This document shows, piece after piece, positions 1-13,941 of a DNA stretch of 64,000 nt. The notes beneath the pieces are model-generated. The model searched no databases. It worked only from the letters and a program-made list of their open reading frames with translations, and had not been told where the DNA came from. A program made the translations under genes and the position numbers. The stretch comes from Haplodiscus bocki (Eukaryota): assembly GCA_965655095.1 (NCBI GenBank), contig CBFHFQ010000029.1, positions 62,001 to 126,000 on the forward strand, in the 5' to 3' direction. Within the stretch, counting starts at the first letter, position 1. Each line of letters starts with the position of its first letter.

Positions 1-194
1 TTTAAGCTGGAGATGAAAATTTGCATGTGGAAACCGGTTTAAGTCTAAAATGTGCTTATAAATGTACAATTTTTCTAATTTTTTCATTTTTTATGTTTAG
101 AGATCCAATCAGTCCAATCTTTTCACTTCTTAGTCAGTTTAAATTTTGCTTTGATTCATTTTTGTTTTTCGGTACTTCTTAGTCAAATACAAAA

Positions 195-3100
195 ACGCCT
201 TTTCTTGATCAAAACAAAAAGACAACGTGTACGAACTGCGGATTGATTAGGCAGAAGTTAAATTTATCGCGAAATAAGAAATGCTTAACCAAAGGGACAA
301 CATCTTGTCCGAATTGTACCAATTTTTTCTGCGAATTTCAAAACGAAATGAATCATCGCCTTAAAACAGAGAATGCAGTGTCGGTGTTAGAACCAGTAAC
401 CAAATGTCTCAGCTGTGATATGATTTTCCCAGATTTTACTCTCTGCAGAAGCACAAAACTATTGATCTTGGTAAATTTTCACGAATTCAAGATCTTACTG
501 TAGACTTGGAGCCATTTTTGGGTGTTTATCATGATCAAGAACTCAGCAAAGAGCTCCAATTTTGTCAACACTTTTTAATTGACTCTGAATTCGTCAGATC
601 TAAACAGCATGTTTTCAACTTTGCATCAAATAATTTCATTCCCAGTTTCCTGAAAAATATATTACAACAAGTCTTTGAAGATTCATATTGTGCAGCAAAA
701 GTTAATTTCGCTCTTGGATTTGTTCTTCGCAACGCAGAGGATGTAAAATATCGTTTTGTTTACGCGCATAAGAATAGCCTAATCCTCGAAAGATCTCAAT
801 TGCTAGCCAACAAAGAGGACATGCTAGAATTGCAGAATATTCTCGATGATTTAATTAGTGTGGAACTGAGTACTCGAGAGAGATGTTCTACCAAAAAGAA
901 TCTATTTTCGCCGCAAATGAGACCGTTTTTGTAGCATTGCTTAAAAGTGGTCCTGTTGGGTGTAAAGATATTTTGTTACCTCCAAGACCCTTTAAGCGTA
1001 CTGATGTTAATTGTGTTAAATACAAGGCAAACGAGGAACGCTACAACAAAAATCCTTGCTTGCTAAGAGCTATTTGCCTGCACAAAACAGAAACAGAGAG
1101 GTTGGATGAAGAGGCATGCAAAAATCTCAGTCAATACCTCGACATCAACCCTAGTTTAAAAACTGAGGATTTCGGAGGTGTTGATCTTGAAGATGTGCAT
1201 ATGGTTGAGCGATTGGCAGAAGGAAATATGTTGGTGTATTATAGTGGTGGTTTCGTTGTTCCACTTGTGATAAGTTTTTAACACGAAGTTCGAATTTACA
1301 ACGACATTTAGCTGAAATGTGAGGAGTTGGTTAGAAACGTCCGCCCAAGATCTGTTGATCAACTTAGAGAATTTCTTTTCGATAAATTGAAAGCTTTCGA
1401 TCTTGAAGTAACAGAAGACAAATTACTTCTGAAAAACTGCGCTGTTTTTAATTTTCAATTGATTTGTGTAAAAAGCAGTACAATCGCTGATACAGAAAGT
1501 ACTACGTGGGTTGGTAAATGTGAACCAACTTCAGTCTCTATAACATCAAGTTTGCTGGATTGACCAATTTTTGTTTGGGACACTGAACCTCAATCACTGG
1601 TGTCCAGTTTCGTAACTTCTTTGGAAAACCTTGAAGAGATAAATAACTTGGAAATTGGTCTGAAAATCCTCAATATTGATACAACAATTAAGAAAACACT
1701 CGAGCCTGTAACGTCAACACTGAACAAGATAACGAATGTTTACAGCTACTTTTGATATTGATCAAGACTCTGCAGTTGACACTGAAGACGAAAAGAATGA
1801 AGAAAGAGAGACGCTTCCACGCAGTTTTATTTATCTCAAAAGATCAAATTATTTGAACTACAACAGCGTTTTGAGCGTTATGTCATCAATCTTCCAGTAT
1901 TTGGTTTCAACAGTGCCAAGTACGATTTGAACTTAATCAGACCCTACCTTATTTCTGTACTCGTAAATTAAAAAAAATGAACCAACAGTTATCAAAAAAC
2001 CCAAGCACTCTGTATCTTTCAGGTTTGGAATTGTACTGTTCCTAGATATCATGAAATTCCCTGGAGGTGCAACTAGCCTTGGTTTTTTCCTGAAGGCGTA
2101 TAGGACCAGTAAGACGAAAAATTTTTTCCAAATGATTGGTTTGATTCACCTGATAAATTCATGGATGAAACGCTTCCATCGTATGATAACTTTTTTAGTC
2201 CACAGTCCACTACGTAACTGCAATCCAGTTGAAAAAAACCATTCCAATTATCAAGAAAAACTTATCGATAGTGGATGTATCAGTGAAACAGCTTTAAAAA
2301 AACTCAAGCTTACAGAAATTTCTCCCACTGGGCAAGACTATCATGCTTATTTACAGCAAGTATGGAACTCTGAAAATGTGCAATCAATCAGGGACTTCCT
2401 TCGCTGGTACAACAACAGAGATAGAGTAACCACTGTAGAAATGATGAAAAAATGATCCAGTTTTATCACGATAACAGGATTGACATGTTAAATCTGGGTT
2501 TTACGCTTCTCAACCTAGCAAACATTTTTCTTCATAGCTCTACAAGTGCCAATTTTTACCCAGTCCTGTAGGGAGATAAGGACTTGTTGAGAAAATGAAA
2601 GAAAAATTGGTAGGTGGACCTTCAATTGTTTTCATGCGTAAAGCTGAGGTTGGTGAAACAGAAATTCGATCAGCGTCGAATAATTGCAAATCTATAGTGG
2701 GTATTGATGCGAATCAACTCTCCGTATGCTATGTGTCAATCAATCCCTAATGGACTCTACACTCATTGGGCATTCAATAATGATTTACATCGTTTCAAAC
2801 CGAGATCCAACAAAGCGTGATTTTTCGAAAATATAGTGATGGCTTTTTTCTACAGCTCGTATCCAGAAAGTAAGATTGAAAGTTCTTACACATTAGGAAC
2901 ACAGCGGAAAAATGACTGCTTTGGTGTTCATGGAATTTGCGGTCACTGTAGCAGAGGTTTTGAAGCTTTTGGATGATTCTATCATTTCTGCGAACGTTAG
3001 GAAGTTCAACCTGGACTGACTGAGGAAGATAATGCTAATGGACATAGAAAGAGGGAAATCGACGACCCACGCCGATGTTATTTGAGGGAAAAAAGCTTTC

Positions 3101-4430
3101 TATCAATGAGATGTGGAAGCGTCAATGTAAACATCATCTAAGAGAGAATGATGAAATCAAGCTTTTTGTAAGAGCAACTTTTCCCTTCAAGCGAGCATTG
3201 GCTTTCCAAATTTCACTGTCAAAAAATTGCAGTGGTGAAATGTTTGGTTACGTTCAATGTAATATTTGAGTTCCAGACAACTTGAAAGAAAAATTTGAAG
3301 CGTTTCCACCAATTTTCAAAAACACTTTGGTTTCTCGCTCGGATTTTGGTGAATTCATGCAAAAGTATGCAGAAGAAAACAAACTCTTGACTCAACCTCG
3401 GAGAATGCCATTATATAGCTTCCGGAGAATATCAATGGAACAATCATCACACCACCTTTAAATTTTAATCCTGATCTGAGACTCAAGTGCACTCAATCAC
3501 ACCGATTCGTTCAATACACTCCCTCGAAAGGCTTTAACAGCTTTGTTCAGTCTGAAAAGAATGCACGGAGAGAAAGAGATGAAAATCCATATTCAAGTGT
3601 CGCAACGGACCCCATGAAGCTACCAGCAAAGAGTTCATACGGACATCAAATATTGGACAGGAATCAGAACACATTGTCAAGTGCCTGAATGATGAAAAAC
3701 AGCATACAGCCTTAAATAACAAGTTTTTCGAAAGACTAAACTATCTGAACAATAATTTGCACAAAGTTGAGTCAGTAAAGTCCGAAGTAGAGCACAAGGA
3801 GCCTGTAATTGTTGGTTTTTCCATCTTGCAGAGTGCCCAACTGCGCATGCTTGACTTGTATCACAATTTTTCTAACAAATGTTGTGACTTGATTTGGTTC
3901 GAGGAAATGGCAAGGAACACAGGTTCTCTTCACTTAGCGCTAGCTCATATGTCTCTTGATGATTGTATACAATGAGAATTGAAGGAAACTTGGAACACTA
4001 TCCGAAAAAGTGACTGCAGCATTGAATTGTCGACTAATTCAACCAGTAGTTATTTCCTTCGAACCTAATGCGAGAGACACATCAAACACAATAAAGGAAA
4101 ACCTGGTTTCCTTAAGGAAGAGTTTCGCTGCACTGAAATGTTTTGTCTGTGCAGTAAACCTTTTCGATTCTTCGGTAAGAGCACAGATCAAACAAAGTCG
4201 AGTGGTAAAGGTTTGAACAAACGGACGTTAGAAGAAACGGGTGAAGGACCTTTGGAAAAATACAGACGCGTACTCGAGAAAATGAATGTTCAATCAACAA
4301 AGCGGGGTTTCCCATTATTTAAACTTTCTGTTTGCACATACGAGGAAAGAAAGAAAGGCCTTTCATATTTTTCTATCCAGAACGAATTGTTCTCGACGAC
4401 GGAATTCACACAAAGTCAATCCTTTTGTAA
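195..4430 (+). pseudogene. polB: Decayed protein-primed family B DNA polymerase (Polinton-type) with N-terminal Zn fingers and a VSR-like nuclease insertion
   Basis: Motifs occur in the correct order across frameshifts: CTNC/CPNC Zn-finger remnants (230-360); NPCLLRAICLH; PVFGFNSAKYDLNLI (ExoII, ~1895-1940); FLDIMKFPGGATSL; FLRWYNNRD (ExoIII); VGGPSIVF; SIVGIDANQL (motif A, ~2692-2720); GICGHC..FEAFG*FYHFC..EMWK (VSR-like, 2914-3130); KLPAKSSYGHQI (motif B); MARNTGSLHLAL (decayed DTDS); KKGLSYF. Many stops and frameshifts. Confidence 0.85.
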
Positions 4431-4544
4431 CTTACTTACAATCATTGTTCATGGAATGTAGTTGTTCGATATTATACTTTCCAAATGCAACTTTTTGATA
4501 TTTTCCACAGTCTTTTTTATACATCTCCCTTAATTAGGTTTTTA

Positions 4545-5190
4545 ATGCATCCCAATTGAATAGTTTTAAAGGAAAAAGAGCTAGCGGGGAAAAAGTGATC
4601 AAACCGAAAACCGAACACGTTTCACGTAATACTGGACTGACTCTGCTTCCAATCACAGAATCTCGAGTCAAGGAGAACGTATGAAGTTGAAAGTTTGCAT
4701 GTAGTTAGACAATCATCTCTACTATGTGTGTGCCAACTTTCATCCAAAATGGATAACTTTCAGGGTAAAAGGGCTAGCGAGGAAAAAAGTGGTCCAACCA
4801 AAAAGCACAAAATTCACGAGATGCTCGACCTACTCGGCTTCCAATCACAAAATCTCGAATCAAGGAGAGCGTATGAAGTTGAAAGTTTTGCAAGTACTTT
4901 GTCAATCACCTCTACAATGTGTGTGGCAACTTTCATCCAAATCGGACATTTTCAGGGTGAAAAAGTGGGCGAACCAAAACACACAAATTTCTTGAGATTT
5001 TCGAGCTACTCTGCTTCCAATCTCAAAATCTCGACTCAAGGGGAGAGTAGGGAGTTGAAAGTTTGCATGTACTTATTCAACCACTTCTACTATGAGTTTG
5101 TCAACTTTTATCTAAATCGGTCAAATTTCAGGGTAAAAGGGCTAGCGAGGAAAGGAGTGGTCAGGCTAAAAAATCATGAAATGTTCTTAT
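4545..5190. repeat. Diverged ~180-190-bp tandem repeat (about 3.3 copies) downstream of the pPolB
   Basis: The blocks GGGCTAGCGAGGAAA, CTGCTTCCAATCACA, GAAGTTGAAAGTTTGCATGTA and CAACTTTCATCCAAA recur with ~190-bp period. Confidence 0.8.
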
Positions 5191-8100
5191 ATAGCTCAGT
5201 CAATTAAGTTATTAATAAAATATCCGCCTGCGCAATTATTATAGGGCGGTGGAATCCGCTCTCCCGTTCTGCTTCGCTTCCTTTCAGCAGTCAGGCGGAC
5301 AGGCGAGTGGGCGGGTGGGCTAAAATGCCCAAAAGAACTCTCTTAAAAAATTTGAACTTGAAACGGTCCAAGTTTTTTCGAAATCTCACAGTGCCGAAAA
5401 CCGACTCACAGCACCCAACTCTATATTAATACATTACCAAAAACAAACCCTACCTTAGGACAGAAGGATGAAGACCCTTCTTGGCTCTCGGACGCCAGAG
5501 CCTATCTTAATATATGATGGTTTTCACCCCTCAGGCTATCAAGCTCACCTATATACTACTTACACTTGATGATGATGCGGCCGATTATTCTTCGTAGGCA
5601 TTAATCTGTACCTATCGGACAAAAAGCTGGAACTTTGTCCAATGGCACCAACCTGAACGCATCATATGTCTGTATTTTTTTGATGCGATCGCTTCAGTAG
5701 CAACCCGGCTACCATTTTTCTGATGGATTGCAAAACTCATTTTTGAAAAGAGTTTTTCTTCTTCTCCAAACATTTGCGTCGATTCAAGATGGCCAATGGC
5801 TCCCGTCGTCTTCTTTGCAACGTTTTCGATATAAATGACTGTGCTTTGTTCGAAAGTCAATGGATGGTTAGCTGACGGTTACCTTCAACGGTTTTGAGAC
5901 AGTTTGGGTTTCAAGGAGGGTGAAATGTGTGTCTTGTCTTTGGGATGCACTCCGCAGTTCTGCCGTCTACTGTGATGCTCAGAGAAACAACAACTTTGAA
6001 AACATTTCAATTAAGAAAAAATCGCACTCGAGATCTTGCCCCTTCCTATTGTCCTGTTCAACTGTTTCGATTTGTTTTCATAATTTTTGTTCCAGTTTTT
6101 TGTCGAGCTTGACTGAAGAAATTAGACTTCGTTGAACAAATTTTCATCTTCTGCTCTTTTCCCTCGGTTGTTCTCCGCGTGATCGTCTTTCCTATCGGGC
6201 CGTTTTGAGAGTCTTTTCTCTACGGAAAAACTAAATTTGGTAGCAGCACTGTGGCTATCAAGCTGAGAATACTACGAACTGTTCTAACCGGTAACAATTG
6301 CAGGAGTTTGGAGAGTTGTTTGACGAAATGGTATTCTTCCTTAATTTTGCCGAGAAGGATAATTACGGGCTTCCATTGTACATCTTTGATGTATATTTCG
6401 ATCAACTTCCTTGTTTTGTCCTCTGTTAGAGATGTACGTAAGCAAGAGTCCTGAGAGGCCGATTTGCACTATGGTTTGATTGTGCTAGGCTTAAATTTCA
6501 TCAAAAATATTCCTTATACGAAAGCCTTGCCAGTAGTTTTTACCGCTCATTGGATTGCTCCATGAAAGTTAGAGATAGGCAGGTCTTTTAGTGCAACAGT
6601 TTCCGGCGCCATGCAGATGTCTAATACAGATGATGCAATGATTCTGAGTGGTTATATCAATAGGGAATGCTGATCATTCAATTAATTCAGAAAGGAAAAG
6701 AGAGAGCACAATGGATTTCCGAAAACTCGATTTCAAGCAGATGAGAATTGAATACCGTCGCTGCAAATTGGACAAAATTTCACGTTAAAATCGTGTGAAT
6801 AGATTGGAAAATACGATTTCCGAAGGGTTTCTAGACAGCGATTAACCGAGTAAAAGTTTTCAAAGAAATGCAGACGCCAGAGTATTTGGGAGTATTAGAA
6901 AAACAGGACTGAACTTTTCAAAAGTAGGTTTTTTCAAGTACTTCCATGCCTTTATAACCACATTGGTCATTTAAACCAATTTCGATTACGTCACAGACTT
7001 TTTTTGGATTGTATTTCTGACCAATTTTGCAAGTGTCAATCAACAATGCTCATCTGTTGGATTGTATTGTTGAAATGACTTGGCATGGTTGAATAATTTT
7101 GTTGTTGACGTAGCCGGAATTAACTTTTGTGGAAACCACGAGACTTCCTTTGTTTTGAAACTGCTGTCTGTGGTCTGCAGGTGCGACAAAATGGTGACAG
7201 GTGCAATTGAGATAGACTATTTAGCATATTGATGAAATTACTAAAGTTCACTTGATAATTAGTTTTGCGGTAAAAGTAGCTTTACTGTTGGGATAGTGAA
7301 AAACTAAGGAGCAGATAACATGTCAAATTGTGAAAACTGGCAAAGGAAGATCGTTTCCAGGTCCAAATGTGCTCTCTTTTTGTTGATTGTCCCCTCTCTG
7401 CCGGTCTGTAAAAGCCCTGGTGGGATACCCAACAGAATCTTTGAATATAGGCACAATACTTCATGTTCACCTGTTTATTTGGTTTAGCCAAACAATGAAT
7501 TCAAAACTATATTGATGACTTCCTTGTCAGAAACAAGTCAAAAAATAAACGCAAATTCCATCCGTTTCAATTAAAACAGCATGTTCTAATTAATCTTATT
7601 GTCTTTGTTCATTGGAACATCATTCGCACAAAGATTTTCAATGGAAATCTAATTAATCGGAACTACACTCCCCAGAAGTTAGTTGCTGCTTCAATATCGA
7701 AAAAATTTCATTGAGTTTTCCTTTTCTATCTTCTATGCACGGACGTCGTTCTCATTTTTCTTTCCGCCCTGAAAGGTTGTTTACTGGAACGTCTTAGACG
7801 TGTAAAAATTAATACAAAAGCCGTATACTGGGCTTTGTACGGCGAGTTTCTCTGTTTCAAAAAGGCTTCCAGGGTGCTTCTTTCAGTTGAATTTTTAGTC
7901 CGAATAGAATCTGGGCAATGAAAACGTTCCAAAAGTTTGAGTGTTGGAATCTGAACGATTCATTAATGGAAACAACCCAATAAACTTTGCGATTCTGGGT
8001 TTCCTGACGCAAATGCGTTCTGCTCGGCATCCAAAGAGTTGTCCGATTTTGAGTCCTTATTCATGGAGGAAGAAAACCTACAGAGGCAATCCTTGGACGA

Positions 8101-9299
8101 ACGTGCTTCGAATTAGTGTCGGTACCGGAAGGTTTTTAAGACACACCATCAGATTTTTTTCGGAAAAACTTGCGTTAATTCAAATCAACACCCTCAAAGC
8201 TTTTTTTCCGTATTTCACATTCGACCGCTCACTTGATTCCACTTTCGCAATTAGACAATGAGATATCGGGGTTTTCTGATAACTTTGAGAGTTGTTTCAA
8301 ACCTCTGTAGAGTCTTCCGTAATCATCGATTGTTTTGCACTCCGTAAGGGCAAAAGCGACGAAATGCTACAGCGCGTTTTAATGTTTATCATAGTAAAAA
8401 GCTGGTAAAAAAGTCTGGGGCGCATTTGAAGATTCCATCTCACGAAGTGTTTTTTTTTCACAAAAAAACGTGACTTCTTTTTGTTGAGTCTTTTTTGGGT
8501 GGATAATTTTATTCCCACAGACTCTTTGGGTGGGTCAGCAACTCTTCAGCTTCAACCCTGTAGCGGATACTTTTTATTCGAGAAATGAAAGAAACAGGCA
8601 TAACCAACAGATCTTTCAGTGTTTTTTGATAAGTATATATCATAGTTTGGGTTGGATCACTTTGATGATTTTTGTTTCAAAAAGCTGGTTAAAAATGAAA
8701 TTTCTCCTCTAACCTCATCATCGTCTTGTCTCAAACAAAAACTCTGAAATTTCAATCCTTCTTTAATGGTTATCTATGTCAGTTTTGACGGAAAAATTGT
8801 GGGCTTAGCATAAATCTGCCTAATTTTTGCACTTTTCACCAACTTTCTAACAATATTTCCGATGACAAACCTAATTCCTCCACTCGAGGCAGGTAAGAAC
8901 TCCGAATTGATTTTTCCAGCAGCACTCTCCATTGTTTGAAGATCGGAAAAATGAGTAAAGAATATGACAAGAAAGAACAAGTTAAACTGATCTGTGATGA
9001 CTTTATCGTTTTCCGGATATGCATCTATAGTTTCACCTCGGTATTTATTCAAACTGTATCTGATGAAGGGTCTATGCCCAAAAAACTTTCACTTTCTAGT
9101 TAGTTGAACCAAATGAAATCTGTTTTGCATATGTTAAGTAACAAATTACATTCAACGGCCTACTCGGTATGTGATTTCAGGGCCTAAAGGAAATGTGTCT
9201 CTTTAGAAATATCATAGGAAAGGAAACATTGGTCTCATTGGCAAAAAAATGACATCAAAAACGTTAGAGTTTTTGTGCAGATATTTCTGGCATGCCTTT

Positions 9300-11270
9300 G
9301 AATTTTAGACCACCAATGATGTGTCATTAACACGCGTGACTCTTACTTTTGAGATATTGCGCGTAAAGTCTTTTAACATATTTTCTGTAGACAGCTAGAA
9401 GAGTTAGTTTGATACCGTCATGACAACGCTTCAAATGCCATAACGCTCCAAAATTGCAACTTTGATTTAGGATTTACTATGTAAGACGCTTTGCTATAGA
9501 CCGGGAAAATGCATCGCCGGGATTCTGTCAATTTTTAGCGTATTTTTTCCTCTTTTCCGGGAACTGTTAAAGCAGCTCTAGTTTTCCTTTCGAACCCAGA
9601 ATTATAAACATAAGCTGCAAGGCATATTTTTGTGGTGCAATTTTTTTAGGCTCAATAGGTCAGTTGAGATGGTTCAAAGTTAGCCGTTCTTTCAGGTTCT
9701 CTCACCAAAATATCTCTCATAAAAGACAACTAAAAATTTTTGCACACAGGAGTGAGAATCATTTGAAACCTGTTGTTTCTGGAAAGAAAGTCAAATCTGC
9801 GTGGGGCAGTCTTAAGTAAGTACTATTTACGAGTCATCTCAGGACCTCAAATCGATTGATCTTGCTTTTGTCGCTGCTGGCCGACCAAAAACCTGGTCAC
9901 TAACGTTGGGAAGGCCACCAACCATTAGGTCCCCTTACCTTTAAAAAAAGTAGCAAGCAGACAAATTGATCACAAAGCAAAGAAAACGTTCATAATTGTT
10001 TTTTGTGTGATACGATGCTTCCCTTCTGAAACACGCAACATGAAAGTCTCAATTAAACTTTTTTGAAGAGTTTCTAATCAATGGCACTACAGGCATAAAT
10101 AGAAAATTTAAATTGTTTTTTTTTGTTCTTTTTATCTAAGTTTTGCGTTTACTGTGAATCTTGATTGTTGTTTTTCGCATTTATCCAGTGGAAAAACCAG
10201 AGTTCCCCTCTTACAACACGCAGCGGGAGGTAGAAAACAAACTGCGGCCTACCATCGGGAAGCGTCCGCAATTTTCACAATAAAAATACCTGGTTTCGCA
10301 GGTGTATTTACCTTGGAAAATTGTTTACATGCAGTTTGCGGAGGTAAATTTACAGGCTTCTACAGAATGCCCTGTACCGCAGAGTAACTCTAATGACCTT
10401 TCTCCACCATAGCAAGGCTAGAATAGCAGAAAAGTTGAGCAGCCAAAGATTACAAAATATTATCTGACTAATCAACGGTGATTCATTGTTCTTTGATTGA
10501 TGATTTTTTGATGAATCATTGATTTTCACTCAACGGAACATAGTTGACTTCCTTTGGGAAAAATATTGAAAACATGGATGAAAGATTTATGCGGCCGCAA
10601 AGATTCATGAATGTTTACTACCTTCCATTTTTCTTGGATGCATATTCAATGCTATTGACGACAACACTTTTGAATCAATAATGTCATGAATGACTTCTTG
10701 ATTGGGGTTTTTCCAAGAAACGGTTAGAAAATGTACAAAAATGTATGAAAAATTGACAGACAAGCAACCACATTGAAAGCATTCGGGATCTGCAAGTGCA
10801 GACAAAAAGACAATCGAGGCACTTCACATAACATTTTACAGGAAATACTACAAATTACAGGAACTCGGTGGGCCTCAGTGGTACTCAATGAATTCAAAAT
10901 TTTTGCCCAAAGTAGATAATCGTCCTCAGTTAATACTGAGATCACGAGGTTACACGAAATGCTAATCAATCACGAAACGCGCAAGTGCGAGCATCATTTT
11001 TCAATTTGAAAAAAGAAGACCTCTTGAAAAGCCAGCCCGTTTGTTTGCTGAAATTATCGGCTGACAAAATCCCAAAATTCCCAACCGCCATTTTGAATGA
11101 TGTTCCACCGGCGGTTTCCCACCAGTCCGAAAACATTTCTGGGTTGCACACGTCCGAAAACAATACGGAAGTTAGAACAGCCAATACGGAACTTTGAGGA
11201 ATCAGTATTGAGACTGGTCCCATGGGCAGTGCCACACAGTCCGTTTTATTCTCTTCGGGGGGGGGGGGGG
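9300..11270 (+). mobile_element. Highly decayed Ty3/gypsy-like pol remnant ending at a polypurine tract
   Basis: YRPGKCIAGILS (~9495-9530) resembles the RNase H C-terminal YRPGKxNxxADxLS. HTGVR..CFW (~9743-9785) resembles the integrase Zn-binding region. A G14 tract (11257-11270) is followed directly by TGTTAT, like a PPT/3' LTR junction. Confidence 0.35.
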
Positions 11271-13428
11271 TGTTATGTGTGCTCTTGCTATGTTCAAAAA
11301 TTGAAATTTTGTGACGTTGAAAATTGGTTTTGAATTTTTTGTGTGAAAATTAATAAAAAAGGGTTTTAAACAGTTCCTGCATGTGTGTTGCTTATTTTTT
11401 TTCTGGTTGGTTTTAATTCAACGGAAAAATTATTTCATTCATCCGGGCTTGTGAAATATTCTTCTTCTACCAGTGGTGAAACAGACGGTTGTCATGAGGA
11501 GAAACTGGCTGATCACTTGGAAGAAAGGTCTCTAGGGGCAGTATAGAAAAGATTCGTGAGGAAGGACAAGAAAGCAATGCACACCATTATCGCACGTTGT
11601 TGAACCCCAAAACCATCCTTTTGTCACTAGAGGTATGCATCTCAAGCAATTAGACAATACAGTAGTGATTTTAATTAATGCGACAACTTTAATGCATAAG
11701 TCAACTTTGAGCACGAATAACTCCGGAAATAATCATTTTGGACAAAAGTACCAGAAACAAATTATTCGTAGAATTTTCAGGAAATTATAATGGTGTTTGT
11801 TTCAAAAATTTCCAACTAATAGAGCAAAAACTAGAAAATGCGTTTTTGGCCAAATTTTCCGTTCTTTTGAGAATTTCGTAACGTTAAAAAAAATATTATT
11901 GAATTTTATTTCATCAATAGATGCATCTGATGTTTCTGCAACAGCTGGTATCATCTGTCGGTGGAAAAGTTTTCAAAAACTACTTGAAAACTTCTCTTGA
12001 ATCTATTAAATTTGAAAATCAATGTATTAAAATAGAATGTTAATATTATAATTTTTTTTGCAATTTCTTCTGGAAGTTCAACGTTGTGAAGAAAGTGTTA
12101 AAGATAAAAATTCTGGGGAATAACCAAAACTATCAAATTAAGTAATTTGTTTCTCGCTATCTTGTGTCATTGTCAAGATTTCTTACGAAAACTGCCAAAA
12201 TTAGTCAATATTCGCAATGCTTGCATGGTTTATTTACTCACTTTTGGGACACGATTTTCTACCTCTTCGAAGTATTTGTTTTGGCAAATGAAAAAGCCAT
12301 CTGGTGGCCCTTTCAATGAACATTTTCAAAGTACCTTTGTTTACTCTGATCCCCTATTATTTATTTCTCCACTTAGGATTTTGTAAAGCCTATCAAAATT
12401 GCTGAGTCGCAATAATTAAAATCACTACTGTACTTTCCGGTTAATGATTGGCTCATAACATTATCTCCAGTGTTTGTGTGTTAATTTGATTCTCTCTTCA
12501 GACTTACCTCAAGTATTTGTAAGATTGTACGCAATCTCAATAGACTCTGCTGGAGTGCATAATTCCTTTTATACAGTTTGAAGTATTTATTATTTTTCGC
12601 TATCTTCATAACATCATGGGAAAATCATAATTTTCGGTGAATCGTTTCTTCTGACCAGTTTTGCTAATTGTGGTCTTGTTTGCTCACGGCTGTCAGTAAG
12701 TTGTAGGACAATTGCTGTAGAATACTCAAGTGGTAAGTTTTGAAAAAATGTTCAAAATTCAGTGTCTTCGGAACACTATAAGGGCTTTTTCGAAAATTTT
12801 TAGAAGTTTTCAAAGTTTAATGTTGAGTTTGTATCAAATGTTTCCGTCTCCTAAAAAAGATTCTTCTGCTCTTATTACGAGGCTTTTTACTGGCAAAAAA
12901 CAGTTTTTTAAAGTTGAAAAATAGATAATCAGAAACACTGTACTTGCTCCAATCAGGACGCCTCCAGTTTTTGCTTCCTCAAAAACTATTCGGAAAGAAG
13001 TAAACAACAATATAAATGATAAAAGGAAGAGAATAAAGCTTAGAAGTTTTATTGACAACCTACTAAGAACAAATGATACTAAAGATTGATCTGACTGGAA
13101 AAGATTCCACCGAATTCAGTTAGAAATTTGAATATAAAAATAAATTACATTTGATTCTATCACTAACTGCACAATCTCACAAAAAACTGAATCAATGCAA
13201 GAAATAAAATGTGGAGCAATAATAAAACAGCAATTCGATATCCCGCCGACAGAACAGAAAAAAATTCATGAGAAAATTGCGTCTCTTTGTTTTTTTTTCA
13301 AAAAAAGTATTTTGAAAGAAATGGTGTTATCAACCATCCCAATGAACGCTTCGAGTCATCATTGCATTGATCGTTGTTTAATTTAGAGAAACGTTTCTGC
13401 ACTTTTTGCAGAACAAAAAGGCATCTTC

Positions 13429-13941
13429 CTAATACAGCATAAAAAGGTAAAATAAGTTTATTTCAGAGTTCTTCTGAGAGTTTCGGTTTTGAAGTATGTT
13501 TACGTTCAGAATAATGTTTAGGCTAGTGTGAGAGTAGTTTTCTGTCACCATGTCTGCCTCAGGGCTGTCGGGCTGCCCTGAGCGATGAAGAAAACACCCC
13601 CCTTCGGGATAAGGATCATTTGAGGATTGATCCCCATGAATTTCCCGGTTTTCTGAGTTGACGTTTCTAGACGTTCCTTGAATCACGGAACAAGTCCGCA
13701 CTTGTGGGTTAAGAAGAAACTCGTCAAGTTTCGACAACGCTCCCAAAATACGTGATTCCGTTTTGTTAAATTCTTTAGAAAGCTTCTTGGTTACCCTCCC
13801 TTCAATCTCCTCTGCGACTTGGGAGATGTAATCCTGGGTTAACTCAGGGTCAAGTACATTTCGTCCTCTACTTCCTCTGTTGCCTTCAGGTGTTTCTCTT
13901 GAAACTGCTGCTAATTTCCTCTTGTTTCTCAAAGTTGCCAT
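13429..13941 (-). CDS. LTR-encoded ORF (MATLRNKRKLAA...), probable Gag N-terminus; runs out of the LTR into flanking DNA
   Basis: Open from ATG 13941 through the LTR end at 13527 (138 codons) without a stop. Basic N-terminus and a helical segment. The last ~32 codons are low-information flank. Confidence 0.6.
   Translation of the reverse strand: MATLRNKRKLAAVSRETPEGNRGSRGRNVLDPELTQDYISQVAEEIEGRVTKKLSKEFNKTESRILGALSKLDEFLLNPQVRTCSVIQGTSRNVNSENREIHGDQSSNDPYPEGGCFLHRSGQPDSPEADMVTENYSHTSLNIILNVNILQNRNSQKNSEINLFYLFMLY

Noticed and set aside
4695-5207. 170-aa ORF after the first pPolB
   Set aside because: It coincides with the 190-bp tandem repeat, and the repeat units are read in inconsistent frames.
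5400-9000. Coding-like decayed sequence, possibly retroelement gag/protease
   Set aside because: No diagnostic motif identified.
10197-10392. Small MITE-like insert with CAGAGTT.../...AACTCTA ends
   Set aside because: The TIRs are too imperfect and no TSD was found.
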